Shown: positions 1-9,470 of the stretch, one piece after another
Position numbering within the stretch: position 1 is the first letter of the stretch
Layout: each line of letters begins with the position of its first letter
NCBI GenBank assembly: GCA_024692205.1
Contig: JAILMX010000214.1
Coordinates: 1,338 to 65,337 of the forward strand
From: Desulfovibrio sp.
Lineage (GTDB): Bacteria > Desulfobacterota > Desulfovibrionia > Desulfovibrionales > Desulfovibrionaceae
Direction: 5' to 3'
DNA length: 64,000 nucleotides
Position numbers and translations under genes: made by a program
Notes under the pieces: generated by a model
Told to the model about the DNA's origin: nothing
Database searches by the model: none
Seen by the model: only the letters and a program-made list of their open reading frames with translations

Positions 1-959
1 GGAAAACATCGGAGCTCGCCATAACCTGCGCCAAAATCCTCCGCGGGAAGGAAGATTTTCGCAGGTCCGTCCCGAAGGTCCTTGACATCCTCAGCAACGC
101 CATCATGCCCGACCGTCTGTATTTGCTGATCGTCAACGGAGATGTGGCGAACGTGATGTTCGAATGGAGGCGCTCATTAACCATTTATTCAGCGCATGAC
201 CTTTTCGACGGCTACTCGCTAGAACAATTGCTCGAATGGCAGAAAAATTTGAAAGCGGAAAACGACATCGTCATTTTAAGAGACATCGCATCTCTTGATG
301 GATCGGGGAATGGAAGCATCGCGATGATGCAAAAGCACGATCTTGAAAACATCATTTTCATCCCCATGCGCTATGGAGACAAACTCATCGGGTTTTTCGT
401 CGCCGACAACTTCGAGAACAGCCAGACGCTTGACATCAGGGAGCTGATGGAAACCGTATCGTTCTTCATCGTTTCCGAATTCGTGAATGGCAAGCTGATG
501 GACGACCTGAAAACAGACATATTGACGCATGTCCTGAGCCGAAACGCCTTCGATGCCAAGGTTTCGGAGCTTGAAGCATCCGCCGTCTCCCTCGGGGTCG
601 TCTACGCCGACGTGAACGGATTGAAGGCAGTGAACGATTCGCAAGGTCACGAAGCCGGCGACACGCTCATCAAGCGGGCGGCTGACTGCCTGACCTCCGT
701 CTTTCGCAAATCGGAAGTCTATCGCGTCGGTGGCGATGAGTTCGTCGTTCTCCAGGCCGGCATTCCTCAGGATGCATTTGCCGCACGGTACAGAATATTT
801 GAGGGCTTATTGAACTCCAGGGCAGACATTTCTATGGCAATCGGCAGTTCCTGGACGGATAATTCCCGCGATGTTCAAGTGGCAATGAAAATTGCCGATG
901 AGAACATGTATGCCGATAAGCAGCACCATTATGAAAAGACCAACAAAAGCATTCAGTGA
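1..959 (+). CDS. GGDEF-domain diguanylate cyclase with GAF-like N-terminal region (5' end may lie outside the window)
   Basis: ORF 105..959. The C-terminal half carries GGDEF-domain signatures (ADVNGLKAVNDSQGHEAGD ... YRVGGDEFVVL). The reading frame is open without a stop from nt 3 to the ATG at 105, so the true start may be upstream of the window. There is no canonical RxxD I-site ahead of GGDEF. Confidence 0.8.
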   Translation, partial: KTSELAITCAKILRGKEDFRRSVPKVLDILSNAIMPDRLYLLIVNGDVANVMFEWRRSLTIYSAHDLFDGYSLEQLLEWQKNLKAENDIVILRDIASLDGSGNGSIAMMQKHDLENIIFIPMRYGDKLIGFFVADNFENSQTLDIRELMETVSFFIVSEFVNGKLMDDLKTDILTHVLSRNAFDAKVSELEASAVSLGVVYADVNGLKAVNDSQGHEAGDTLIKRAADCLTSVFRKSEVYRVGGDEFVVLQAGIPQDAFAARYRIFEGLLNSRADISMAIGSSWTDNSRDVQVAMKIADENMYADKQHHYEKTNKSIQ

Positions 960-1108
960 CATATACATTTTTCGGGGCAGCTATTACAACGTCTAAAAGA
1001 GCTTCCCGTGCGCACACGCAGGCGTAGGCATGTCTGCAGCCATTTTCTTTTTTGCCCACTTGGCAAGCAGCCGAGCAATACGGAGATCTCCAACAATAAG
1101 AACCAAGC

Positions 1109-1136
1109 GCCCCGCAATCGCGGGGCCTTTTTCTTT
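1109..1136 (+). terminator. Rho-independent terminator after the GGDEF gene
   Basis: GCCCCGC (1109-1115) pairs with GCGGGGC (1120-1126), 4-nt loop, followed by CTTTTTCTTT. Confidence 0.7.
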
Positions 1137-1190
1137 GCCGGAGTGTTACGCCATTTCACCGCCCCTTTATTCCCCGTCTCTCCGGGATTC

Positions 1191-1219
1191 TTGAAAAGAA
1201 GGGAATCTCCGATTACAAT
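1191..1219 (+). promoter_or_regulatory. sigma-70-type promoter of the deoxyribosyltransferase-like bicistron
   Basis: TTGAAA (1191-1196), 17-nt spacer, TACAAT (1214-1219). GGAGG SD at 1229-1233 and ATG at 1238. Confidence 0.55.
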
Positions 1220-1237
1220 TATCATGACGGAGGCCCT

Positions 1238-1663
1238 ATGCGCATATACCAGGCCGGCCCGCTTTTTACTAAGGCGGAAATCAACTGGCACAAGGATTTT
1301 AAGAAACAACTCACCGATGCCGGATATGTCGTTCAGTGGCCCGGTGATTTTTTCACACAGCAGGAAATTGAGGCCTTGGGAGCCGATGCCCCCAAGGTTA
1401 TCATGGAGCGGGACAGGGCTGCCATTGACGATTGTGACGCCGTGGTTGCCCTTCTTGATGGTGCACAGGTGGATGACGGCACCGCTTGGGAAATCGGATA
1501 CGCATGCGCAAAGGGAAAGCCTTTCGGCGGCATCAGGACCGACTTCCGCAAGGCTGGCGATACCGCTCACGGATGCGTCAATGTCATGATTGAAGGAAGC
1601 TGTCTCGGCATTGCCAAGGATTTTGAAGAAGTCTTGAAGCTGCTGCAACCCATATCGGAATAA
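1238..1663 (+). CDS. nucleoside 2-deoxyribosyltransferase-family protein (141 aa)
   Basis: N-terminal IYQAGPLF and the catalytic-Glu context DDGTAWEIGYA are typical of the deoxyribosyltransferase fold. Good SD and its own promoter. Confidence 0.75.
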   Translation: MRIYQAGPLFTKAEINWHKDFKKQLTDAGYVVQWPGDFFTQQEIEALGADAPKVIMERDRAAIDDCDAVVALLDGAQVDDGTAWEIGYACAKGKPFGGIRTDFRKAGDTAHGCVNVMIEGSCLGIAKDFEEVLKLLQPISE

Positions 1664-1674
1664 AGCATGAGGAA

Positions 1675-2244
1675 ATGACCGTGTTTTTTTTCTGCGCCGC
1701 GGCGGCCATTTTTTTCGTCGGCTTCGTCTTTTCCATGAGGGCCTCAAGGCATCATGCAAAATCGCTGATCGACACCCGTGAGGAATACCGGCATCGCATC
1801 GCGACGATGGAAAGCAAGCGCGATGAAGAGATAAAGGAAATCCCTTCTGAGCAGCAGCGTCTGCTGCTTCGGTCGGCAGTGGAGGATCTTATCCGACTGA
1901 ACGGGAAAGCAGACACATATGCCGTCTCTGCCGAAAGATCGGCCTTGACGGTTACCACCCCGGACGATCAGTGGACTATCCGCTTTACCGGCAGAGAAAC
2001 GCGCCTGCGCACTGTCCGCAGAACGCTGCACGGCAATGAGCTGTGGCTTTTGCAGGGAAAGCGGCAGCAGATACAGTTCGACGACATCCGGGATCTGATG
2101 GCGACGCTCAACGCATGGATGAAAGGCGGCACATTTGCCGAACAGGCTGTCTGGCCTTTTTCACACAAGCCTTACCGACATGTACGGCTCAATAAACCGG
2201 CGCCCCATCCGGCAGCGGCTCCATTTTCGCAAAAAACGATTTGA
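1675..2244 (+). CDS. hypothetical protein with a single N-terminal transmembrane helix
   Basis: ORF starts 11 nt after the previous stop. Hydrophobic N-terminus (FFFCAAAAIFFVGFVF) followed by a charged soluble region; no motif recognised. GTG at 1681 has better SD spacing than ATG at 1675. A codon-phase antisense shadow ORF (1744..2031) is consistent with genome-typical codon usage. Confidence 0.45.
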   Translation: MTVFFFCAAAAIFFVGFVFSMRASRHHAKSLIDTREEYRHRIATMESKRDEEIKEIPSEQQRLLLRSAVEDLIRLNGKADTYAVSAERSALTVTTPDDQWTIRFTGRETRLRTVRRTLHGNELWLLQGKRQQIQFDDIRDLMATLNAWMKGGTFAEQAVWPFSHKPYRHVRLNKPAPHPAAAPFSQKTI

Positions 2245-2635
2245 ACCAGTCCGGCATGCGGACAGGCTGCCCCTCGCGATTGATGCATGCGTGCTGCGTC
2301 ATGCCTTCGGCAAGGAGTTCGCCCTTGTCCTCGCTGCGGATCTCATATACAAAACGCAGGGACGCCCTGCCGAGTTCGCTTATGGCTATGCGCACAAAAA
2401 CGAGGTCGTCATAGCGACAAGGCTTGCGGTATCGGCATGTCGCCTCGCGAACAGGCAAAAGGACGCCTTTTTTCTCAATTTCGGCATAGCTGATGCCGCA
2501 CTGGCGTATGTAGGCGCTTCGGGCGCGTTCAAAAAGGTGCAGGTATTCGGCGTAATACAAAAACCCCATGGTATCTGTCTCCCCGTATGATACGCGATGG
2601 GGAAGCCAAAGCTCCGGGGCGGGAAAATCATGCAC
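2189..2635 (-). CDS. acyl-CoA thioesterase, 4HBT/YbgC hotdog family
   Basis: LPHRVSYGETDTMGFLYYAEYLHLFERAR matches the YbgC-type N-terminus including the catalytic Asp region. GTG start at 2635. Confidence 0.8.
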   Translation of the reverse strand: MHDFPAPELWLPHRVSYGETDTMGFLYYAEYLHLFERARSAYIRQCGISYAEIEKKGVLLPVREATCRYRKPCRYDDLVFVRIAISELGRASLRFVYEIRSEDKGELLAEGMTQHACINREGQPVRMPDWFKSFFAKMEPLPDGAPVY

Positions 2636-3799
2636 AGAACTTCTCCTTCTTCACAGGCATCGGGTAAGCAAAAAAACAAAAGCTTCGGCCGTGCGGTACT
2701 GTCGTGGGCACTTGTCGGCCTTCTCACCCTGCCGCTGGTGGCCTGTTCCGCCAAGAAACCGGAACCCCAGTTGGAATTCCCTGTCGGGCCGGCGGTATCC
2801 CTTCAGGAAGGGCCCGATTATTTCGTCCAGAATCTGCATTCAGCTTCGCAGGGCATGCGCTCTTGGTCGGAACTCGCGGTAAGCGTGAACAAATCGCTCC
2901 GCTATGTCAAGACCAAGCCGGCATCGGGAACGGCCATACGCAGACCGGGCTTGCACGTGACATGGGGAGAGCTCCGGAACACGCTTGAACGTCTCCAGCA
3001 GATCATCCCCAGACTGGACAAGGAGCCCGGTCTGCTCCTCGCGAACTTCAAATGGGTAAAAGTGCCGAACGGCATAAAGTATTCCGGCTACTACTCGCCC
3101 GAAGTGAAGGCAAGCCTCACGCCAAAAAAAGGTTACGAACAGGCCATCTATCGGCTTCCGCCGGAGATCCCCGCGGGCAAGCATAAAAAATTCGCCGACC
3201 GCCGCACCATCGAGGAAAAGCAGATTCTGGCCAACAGGGGGCTTGAGCTTGCCTGGGCCAAGGATCCCGTGGATGTTTTCTTCCTTGAAATACAGGGATC
3301 GGGCTGTCTCCTGCTTGAGGACGGCAGAAAAATCTGTGTCAACTATGCCGGACAAAACGGGCATAAGTACAAGAGTTCCGGCAGGATCATGCGCGAAAAG
3401 GGCCTGCTGAAACGCGGCGACATCTTTGAACAGCGCCAATGGTTCAAGGACAACCCGGATCGGGTTCGTGAAATTCTCAATGACAATCCGAGCTACGTGT
3501 TTTTCAAGCTCGGGGGCAACGGCCCAACCGGGGCCATGGGCGCGATCGTGGATGATTGGCGCACGCTCGCGACCGACCGATCCTTCATTCCTCTTGGCAG
3601 CATCGTCGCTTACGGGGTAAACATACCGGATCCGTCAAAGGGGCAGGTTCCCCTGCGCGGCATCGGTTTTGCGCAGGATGTGGGCGGCGCCATAAAGAGG
3701 AACAGGATAGATATTTATTGCGGCAGCAATGATCGCGCCAACTACGTGGCAAGTTTTCTGGATGCAAAAGGCCCCGCCTGGATACTTCTGGCAAAATAG
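2630..3799 (+). CDS. mltA: membrane-bound lytic murein transglycosylase A (lipoprotein)
   Basis: Lipoprotein-type signal ending LLTLPLVAC. MltA-like body and C-terminal 3D-domain region (GFAQDVGGAIKRNRIDIYCG). The alternative upstream ATG at 2597 adds only 11 residues. Confidence 0.85.
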   Translation: MHRTSPSSQASGKQKNKSFGRAVLSWALVGLLTLPLVACSAKKPEPQLEFPVGPAVSLQEGPDYFVQNLHSASQGMRSWSELAVSVNKSLRYVKTKPASGTAIRRPGLHVTWGELRNTLERLQQIIPRLDKEPGLLLANFKWVKVPNGIKYSGYYSPEVKASLTPKKGYEQAIYRLPPEIPAGKHKKFADRRTIEEKQILANRGLELAWAKDPVDVFFLEIQGSGCLLLEDGRKICVNYAGQNGHKYKSSGRIMREKGLLKRGDIFEQRQWFKDNPDRVREILNDNPSYVFFKLGGNGPTGAMGAIVDDWRTLATDRSFIPLGSIVAYGVNIPDPSKGQVPLRGIGFAQDVGGAIKRNRIDIYCGSNDRANYVASFLDAKGPAWILLAK

Positions 3800-3808
3800 G
3801 AAAGAACC

Positions 3809-5287
3809 ATGCTCACAGCGGACGGAAACATCCTCATCGCATCAGGCAATGAAAGGCCGCTCTCCATCGAGCCCTCCATGGCAAACCGGCACGGCCTGAT
3901 AACCGGTGCGACAGGCACCGGAAAAACGGTCACCCTGCAATCGTTGGCAGAAGGTTTCAGCGAACTGGGCATTCCCGTCTTCATGGCGGATGTCAAGGGA
4001 GATCTGGCAGGACTGGGCATGGAAGGGCACCCCTCCGGGGGCATCGCCGCGCGCGTCACGGACCTCCATCTCCCTGAACTGGGTTATGCCAATCGGGCTT
4101 TTCCCGTCTGCTTTTGGGATGCCTTCGGCGAAAACGGCCACCCCCTGCGCACGACGATAAGCGAAATGGGGCCGCTGCTCCTTTCGCAGCTGCTTGGCCT
4201 TAACGATGTACAGAGCGGTCTTCTGCACCTTGTTTTCCGCATAGCAGACGACCGGGGACTGCTCTTGCTCGACATGAAAGACCTGCAGAGTATGCTTGCC
4301 CATGTCGCGGAAAACAGACAGGCCTACATACCCCGCTACGGCAATATCTCGACGGCGAGCGTCGGTGCCATACAACGGGGGCTTCTTCGTCTGGAAGAAG
4401 AAGGCGGCGGGATGTTCTTCGGCGAACCGGCCCTCGACATAGCCGATATCCTCAGGCCCGGCCCTGACGGGCGTGGAATTCTGCACATACTCTCCGCCGG
4501 TCGGCTCATGAATTCCCCCAGAATCTATTCCAGCCTTCTGCTGTGGCTTCTTTCGGAACTGTTTGAAAAACTGCCCGAATGCGGGGACAGAGAACGTCCG
4601 CGTCTTGTCTTTTTCTTTGACGAGGCCCATCTTATTTTTGACAATGCGGCGCCTCCCCTGCTTGAAAAAATCGAGCAGGTCGTTCGCCTCATACGCTCCC
4701 GCGGCGTAGGCATCTATTTCGTCACGCAAAACCCGGCGGACATTCCGGACACTGTTCTGGGGCAGCTTGGCAACCGCATCCAGCATGCTCTCAGGGCCTT
4801 TACCCCTAAGGAAAGAAAAGCTCTGAAATCGGCCGCCGACTCGTTTCGTCCAAACCCCGCCATTGACACCATGAAGGCCATTGAAGAACTCGGCGTGGGG
4901 GAAGCGCTCGTCTCCTTTCTCGATAAGAAAGGCGTCCCGCAGATGGTGGAAAAAGCATTGGTCATTCCCCCGCAAAGCCGCGTCGGGGCGATTTCGTCAG
5001 TTGAACGGCAAACACTCGTGCGGCAATCCCCGCTGTGCGGACGGTACGACAGAATGATCGACCGCGAATCCGCCTATGAGATTCTGCAGCGTGCCGTCTC
5101 CACACCGCCGCCTGCTCCCGGCTCATCCCAACGGGGCTCGATGCCCGGAAAGGAAGCCGGCCTCGGAGATTTTCTGCAAACGTTCGCAAAGCAGACCGGC
5201 CGCACGCTGACGACAACCGTAGGAAGGGAAATCGGCAAATCGCTCGTGCGGGGATTGCTTGGCGGACTGTTCGGCAAACGCCGCTGA
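3809..5287 (+). CDS. DUF853/YjgR-type HerA-like P-loop ATPase
   Basis: Walker A ITGATGTGKT near the N-terminus, Walker B-like LVFFFDEAH, about 490 aa with a basic C-terminal tail, as in YjgR-family proteins. AGGAAAG SD. Confidence 0.8.
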   Translation: MLTADGNILIASGNERPLSIEPSMANRHGLITGATGTGKTVTLQSLAEGFSELGIPVFMADVKGDLAGLGMEGHPSGGIAARVTDLHLPELGYANRAFPVCFWDAFGENGHPLRTTISEMGPLLLSQLLGLNDVQSGLLHLVFRIADDRGLLLLDMKDLQSMLAHVAENRQAYIPRYGNISTASVGAIQRGLLRLEEEGGGMFFGEPALDIADILRPGPDGRGILHILSAGRLMNSPRIYSSLLLWLLSELFEKLPECGDRERPRLVFFFDEAHLIFDNAAPPLLEKIEQVVRLIRSRGVGIYFVTQNPADIPDTVLGQLGNRIQHALRAFTPKERKALKSAADSFRPNPAIDTMKAIEELGVGEALVSFLDKKGVPQMVEKALVIPPQSRVGAISSVERQTLVRQSPLCGRYDRMIDRESAYEILQRAVSTPPPAPGSSQRGSMPGKEAGLGDFLQTFAKQTGRTLTTTVGREIGKSLVRGLLGGLFGKRR

Positions 5288-5320
5288 CAGGCAACGCCCT
5301 CCATGGCGCCTGAACTATTG

Positions 5321-5366
5321 AGGCAGAAAACGGGACGGGGGAAAATCCCCGTCCCGTTTTCTGCCT
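5321..5366. terminator. symmetric bidirectional terminator between convergent genes
   Basis: Perfect 20-bp stem, AGGCAGAAAACGGGACGGGG (5321-5340) with CCCCGTCCCGTTTTCTGCCT (5347-5366), 6-nt loop. The A4/T4 tracts inside the arms give a U-run in either orientation. Confidence 0.8.
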
Positions 5367-5386
5367 TGGCATTTTCGCCGGGAATC

Positions 5387-6760
5387 CTACGACAAGAAAA
5401 CCCGGTATGCCTCTTTCGTCGCGTAGACATCGGCACAGCTGGCCAGCTCAAAAGGGCTGTGCATGGAAAGCAGCGCCGGCCCGAGGTCAATCACCTGCAT
5501 GCCCCACGCGGCCAGGAAGAGGGCAACCGTTCCGCCGCCGCCGGTATCGACCTTGCCGAGTTCGGCGACCTGCCAAGGAATGTTGTTTTTATTAAAAAGG
5601 CCGCGCAGAGAGGCGAAAAATTCGGCGTCTGCCTCGCTCGCGCCATATTTTCCCCGTGATCCCGTGAACTTGCAAAAACACGGACCGTGCCCAAGATGGG
5701 CGGAATTCTGCTTCTCATGCAAATCTTGAAAATCAGGGTCGATCGCTGCAGTCACATCCGATGACAGCGCGCGGCTCGCCAGCAGAACGTGCGAGGCCGG
5801 CGTTTGCGGTTCCCACGCCCGCACGATGTCCTCGATGCAGTATTGCAGAAAGCGCGATGAGGCGCCGGTCGCGCCGTCAGAGCCGATTTCCTCCTTATCC
5901 CAGAAGACAAGCGCCTTCGCCGGGCCTTCGTCGCTGCTTTCCAGAAAGGCCTCAAGCGCCGTGAAGACGCAAATGCGGTCGTCATGGCCGTAGCCCCCTA
6001 TCAGGCCCTTGTCGAAACCGACATACTGCGCGGGGCCTGCCGGCACGACCTCAAGCTCGGCGGTTATGAGATCCTCTTCGCAAATGCCGTACTTGGCATG
6101 CAGAATTTTCAGCAGGGCCTGCTTCACGGGTTCCTTGTCTTCCTCTTTCTCCTCTTCCGTGACGGCAAGGGTATGGCCGAGAATGACATTGAGCTTTTCC
6201 CCTTCAAACGCTTCCTTGACGGTCTGCTCGCTTTGCTTCTGCGCGAGGTGCGGCAGCAGATCCGCCACGCAGAAGACCGGTTCGCCGGGCTTTTCTCCCA
6301 CGCAGACGTCAATGCGTTCGCCGTTTTCCCGGATGATGACGCCGTGAAGGGCCAGAGGCCGCGAGAGCCACTGGTACTTGCGTATCCCGCCGTAATAATG
6401 TGTCTTCGCCTGGGCGACATCCGCCTGTTCTATGAGAGGGCGCTGCTTGAAATCCAGACGGGGAGAATCCGCATGGGCGGCGATCAGGGAAAGGCCCTCC
6501 TCAAGCGGCCTGTCGCCTTTTTTGGCGACGAAAATAGCCTTGTCCCGCAGGACGCGAAATGTCTTCGCTGCCGCGGGGTCTTCCGAAAAACCGTGTTCCC
6601 GTAACATGTCAGCAACGTAGAGAACTGTCTCTCTTTCGGTCTTGCAGCGCCCCAGAAACTGCCGGTAGCGTTCGGCAAATGCAAAAACAGTTTTTTTCTG
6701 CGCCTCATTCCGATAGAGCTTCCAAGCGCTCTTCGGGGAAAAACTCATTTCATCGTTCAT
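5387..6760 (-). CDS. M18-family aminopeptidase
   Basis: 457 aa. IAAHADSPRLDFK, GGYGHDDRIC and SMHSPFE motifs are typical of M18 (aspartyl/aminopeptidase 1) enzymes. Confidence 0.8.
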   Translation of the reverse strand: MNDEMSFSPKSAWKLYRNEAQKKTVFAFAERYRQFLGRCKTERETVLYVADMLREHGFSEDPAAAKTFRVLRDKAIFVAKKGDRPLEEGLSLIAAHADSPRLDFKQRPLIEQADVAQAKTHYYGGIRKYQWLSRPLALHGVIIRENGERIDVCVGEKPGEPVFCVADLLPHLAQKQSEQTVKEAFEGEKLNVILGHTLAVTEEEKEEDKEPVKQALLKILHAKYGICEEDLITAELEVVPAGPAQYVGFDKGLIGGYGHDDRICVFTALEAFLESSDEGPAKALVFWDKEEIGSDGATGASSRFLQYCIEDIVRAWEPQTPASHVLLASRALSSDVTAAIDPDFQDLHEKQNSAHLGHGPCFCKFTGSRGKYGASEADAEFFASLRGLFNKNNIPWQVAELGKVDTGGGGTVALFLAAWGMQVIDLGPALLSMHSPFELASCADVYATKEAYRVFLS

Positions 6761-6763
6761 GGG

Positions 6764-8182
6764 TCATCCTTGTTCTTTAGTCATGGAAAAAACGCTCTCG
6801 ACAAGATGCGCGACAAGAGGCAACTCTTCCCTCTCAAGCGTTCTCACGTCAAGGCAGAACGTGTCGTCCTCGATGCGCCCGACAAGCGGCGTCTCGGCCT
6901 TGAGGAAGCGCATTTTCACGGTCATGGCGTCAACTGTTGACGAGGACAGGCAGACGAGTTTCGTCGGGAGATCGTATTGCGGAAAAGCCCCCCCGCCGAC
7001 GCGGGAGACGCCATCGCGGATGCTCACCCGACAGGCATCGCTGGCATGCGCCTTCACTCGCCGGGCAAGTGCGCGGGCCTTGCCCGCAAGCTCCCCAGGC
7101 GCCATCGTGATGCACCGCAACGTAGGTATGTTTCGCATGGCCTTGTCAGGATCGAAATACTGCCGGAGTGTCGCCTCGAGGGCTGACAGACAGAGTTTGT
7201 CGCAGCGCAGGGCCCGTGTAAGCTGATTGCTGCTGAGCTTTGCCACCAGTTCCTTCCGGCCGACGATGATACCGGCCTGAGGCCCGCCGAGAACTTTGTC
7301 ACCGGAAAAGGAGACGAGATCCACACCCGCGGACACGACCGACGGTACCGACGGTTCATCGGGAAGGCCTTGGACATGAAGGGGAATCAGACTGCCGCTG
7401 CCGAGATCCTCGATGAGGAGCAAACCGTTGTCGTGAGCCAGCGTGACAAGCTGTGACAGATCGACCGACGAATGAAAACCAACTATGCGAAAATTCGACG
7501 TATGCACCCGCATCAGGGCGCATGTGTTTTCATTGATGGCTTCGCGGTAATCATTCAGGCGGGTTCTGTTCGTGGCCCCCACCTCACGCAACACGGCCCC
7601 GCTCTTTTTCATTATATCGGGCATCCGGAAACTGCCGCCGATTTCAACAAGCTCCCCTCGGGAAACAACCACCTCGCCCGCCCGGCAGAAGGTATCCAGC
7701 ATGAGCATGACCGCCGCCGCATTGTTGTTGACAACGATGGCTGCCTCGGCACCGGTCAACTTGCAGAGCATATCCTCGACAAGGCCATACCTGCTGCCGC
7801 GGGTGCCTGTCCCCATATCGAGCTCAAGATTACAGTAGCCGCTGGCGGCGCGAGCCACCGCCTTTCGCGCATCTTCAGATAAAACGGATCTGCCAAGATT
7901 CGTGTGAACGACAACGCCCGTTGCGTTCAAAACCCGCTTGAAATTCGGGGAAAGCTTTTTCCGAACGAATCGCAACAAGCCTGCACGGTTGTTTTCAAGG
8001 GTCAGCAATTCAGGGGCAGAGATGGCCCCCCTGCGGATGTCGCTTCGCCGTTCATCCCAGTATGTCGAAACGGCATCACGCAGACATGTCCGGGGAACAT
8101 CGGCAAGCGTGCCATCAGCGCTGAGCAGCATTTCCATACAGACATCCACCGAAGGTATGGCGCGGAAACAAATGCTGTTCAT
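6764..8182 (-). CDS. selA: L-seryl-tRNA(Sec) selenium transferase
   Basis: NATGVVVHTNLGRS and the PLP-lysine context SFSGDKVLGGPQAGIIVG; 472 aa. Confidence 0.9.
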   Translation of the reverse strand: MNSICFRAIPSVDVCMEMLLSADGTLADVPRTCLRDAVSTYWDERRSDIRRGAISAPELLTLENNRAGLLRFVRKKLSPNFKRVLNATGVVVHTNLGRSVLSEDARKAVARAASGYCNLELDMGTGTRGSRYGLVEDMLCKLTGAEAAIVVNNNAAAVMLMLDTFCRAGEVVVSRGELVEIGGSFRMPDIMKKSGAVLREVGATNRTRLNDYREAINENTCALMRVHTSNFRIVGFHSSVDLSQLVTLAHDNGLLLIEDLGSGSLIPLHVQGLPDEPSVPSVVSAGVDLVSFSGDKVLGGPQAGIIVGRKELVAKLSSNQLTRALRCDKLCLSALEATLRQYFDPDKAMRNIPTLRCITMAPGELAGKARALARRVKAHASDACRVSIRDGVSRVGGGAFPQYDLPTKLVCLSSSTVDAMTVKMRFLKAETPLVGRIEDDTFCLDVRTLEREELPLVAHLVESVFSMTKEQG

Positions 8183-9462
8183 TCCCCTCCCCCGCTTGAA
8201 GAATTCGACAGCAACTGCGGATACAGGCCAAAAAAGGCCGAAAGCAGATACAGAGAGCCGGTTATCAGAACGGGCTTGCCACCCCCCAGATCATGCGAGA
8301 ACGCCGCCTTCACAGCCCGCTCAACGGCATCCGGCCCCCCCACTGGCTCTGCACGATATCCCCCGTCTTTCCAGTATGACGCAACGATGGCCGCATCCTC
8401 GGCTCTTGAATTATCCATCTGGGGAACAAAAACACCGGTGCCGGGCTTGAGGACGTTTTTGAGAATCGTGACGGAAGAACGCCAATCCTTGTCCCGCAGG
8501 CATGAATAGATCACAGATGACGGCGCAACGCGCTCTGACTTGAGAGCCGCCGCGAGGGCCTGCGTCCCATGGGGATTATGCGCACCGTCCAGAACAAGAG
8601 GGGGAAAACTCCCGCTCCCGCGAACCCTTTGAAAACGGCCCGGCAGGAAAGCTTCGGCAATTCCTCGCCGTTGCGCATTCACATCGTCATTGCCACGGCC
8701 GAGCATCGGCGCCAGCACACGCCACGCCGCGAGGGCAAGGCCGGCGTTCACGCGCTGATATCTTCCTGCAAGGCCGATTGCCGGGAACCCGTCTTCAGGC
8801 AGTTCCCCGGCGAAAACAAGGGGCGCATGCTCTTTCCGGGCCTTTTCCTGCAGAATCGGCCTCACTTCCTGCTTCTGTTGGGCCGAACAGACAGCAGTTC
8901 CGCCGCGTATGGCATCAGCTTTGTCATGGGCGATTGTTTCAAGGCTATCCCCGAGGACATCACAGTGATCCATCGCGATGGGCGTAAAGCACAAAAGATC
9001 GGCATCCACAGCTGTCGTCGCATCGTGCCTGCCGCCGAGGCCGGCCTCAAGCACGGCGATGTCGACCGCCGCCTTCTGAAAAAGCATGAGTGCGAGAACC
9101 GTCAGGAATTCAAAATAGGTGAGGTCCTGCGCTACGCTCAGCAGGCGGTTTGCCGGTTCAACCCAGTCCTGCCCTGGAACGGAAAGTCCGTTTATCTGTA
9201 TGCGCTCCGTCGGCTCCACGAAATGAGGCGAGGTATAGAGGCCTGTTGCAAGTCCATGTGCCCTGCAAATCGAAGAAAGAAAGGACGACGTGGAGCCCTT
9301 GCCGTTCGTGCCGATCACCTGGATGACACGGAATGGAGGACGCCGCAAGGCCAAACGCGCCAGGGTTTTCTCCATGCGCCCGAGGCTCATGTCCATATGA
9401 AAGCAGCCGCGAGCATCCAGATAGGTCGCTATCTCGTCGTACGAATGGAAAAAAGCCTTCAT
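8179..9462 (-). CDS. folC: bifunctional folylpolyglutamate synthase/dihydrofolate synthase
   Basis: Mur-ligase P-loop VIGTNGKGST. ATG at 9462 is preceded by a GAGG SD. The track start 9474 is a GTG overlapping the queH stop. Confidence 0.85.
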   Translation of the reverse strand: MKAFFHSYDEIATYLDARGCFHMDMSLGRMEKTLARLALRRPPFRVIQVIGTNGKGSTSSFLSSICRAHGLATGLYTSPHFVEPTERIQINGLSVPGQDWVEPANRLLSVAQDLTYFEFLTVLALMLFQKAAVDIAVLEAGLGGRHDATTAVDADLLCFTPIAMDHCDVLGDSLETIAHDKADAIRGGTAVCSAQQKQEVRPILQEKARKEHAPLVFAGELPEDGFPAIGLAGRYQRVNAGLALAAWRVLAPMLGRGNDDVNAQRRGIAEAFLPGRFQRVRGSGSFPPLVLDGAHNPHGTQALAAALKSERVAPSSVIYSCLRDKDWRSSVTILKNVLKPGTGVFVPQMDNSRAEDAAIVASYWKDGGYRAEPVGGPDAVERAVKAAFSHDLGGGKPVLITGSLYLLSAFFGLYPQLLSNSSSGGGE

Positions 9463-9470
9463 CGTTCGCC

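Noticed and set aside
105-959. GGDEF protein as a Hypr-type (cGAMP-forming) cyclase linked to the neighbouring nucleotide-fold gene.
   Set aside because: The specificity position reads GHEAGD, with the Asp retained as in c-di-GMP-forming enzymes rather than the Ser/Thr of Hypr GGDEFs. A terminator also separates it from the downstream bicistron.
3809-5287. HerA-like DUF853 ATPase (and the SWIM-SNF2 helicase at 22624..25863) as parts of an anti-phage defence system.
   Set aside because: No nuclease, Sir2, methyltransferase, TIR or other effector or partner genes are adjacent. The neighbours are housekeeping genes (mltA, transporters). Composition is genome-typical, and there are no mobile-element hallmarks.
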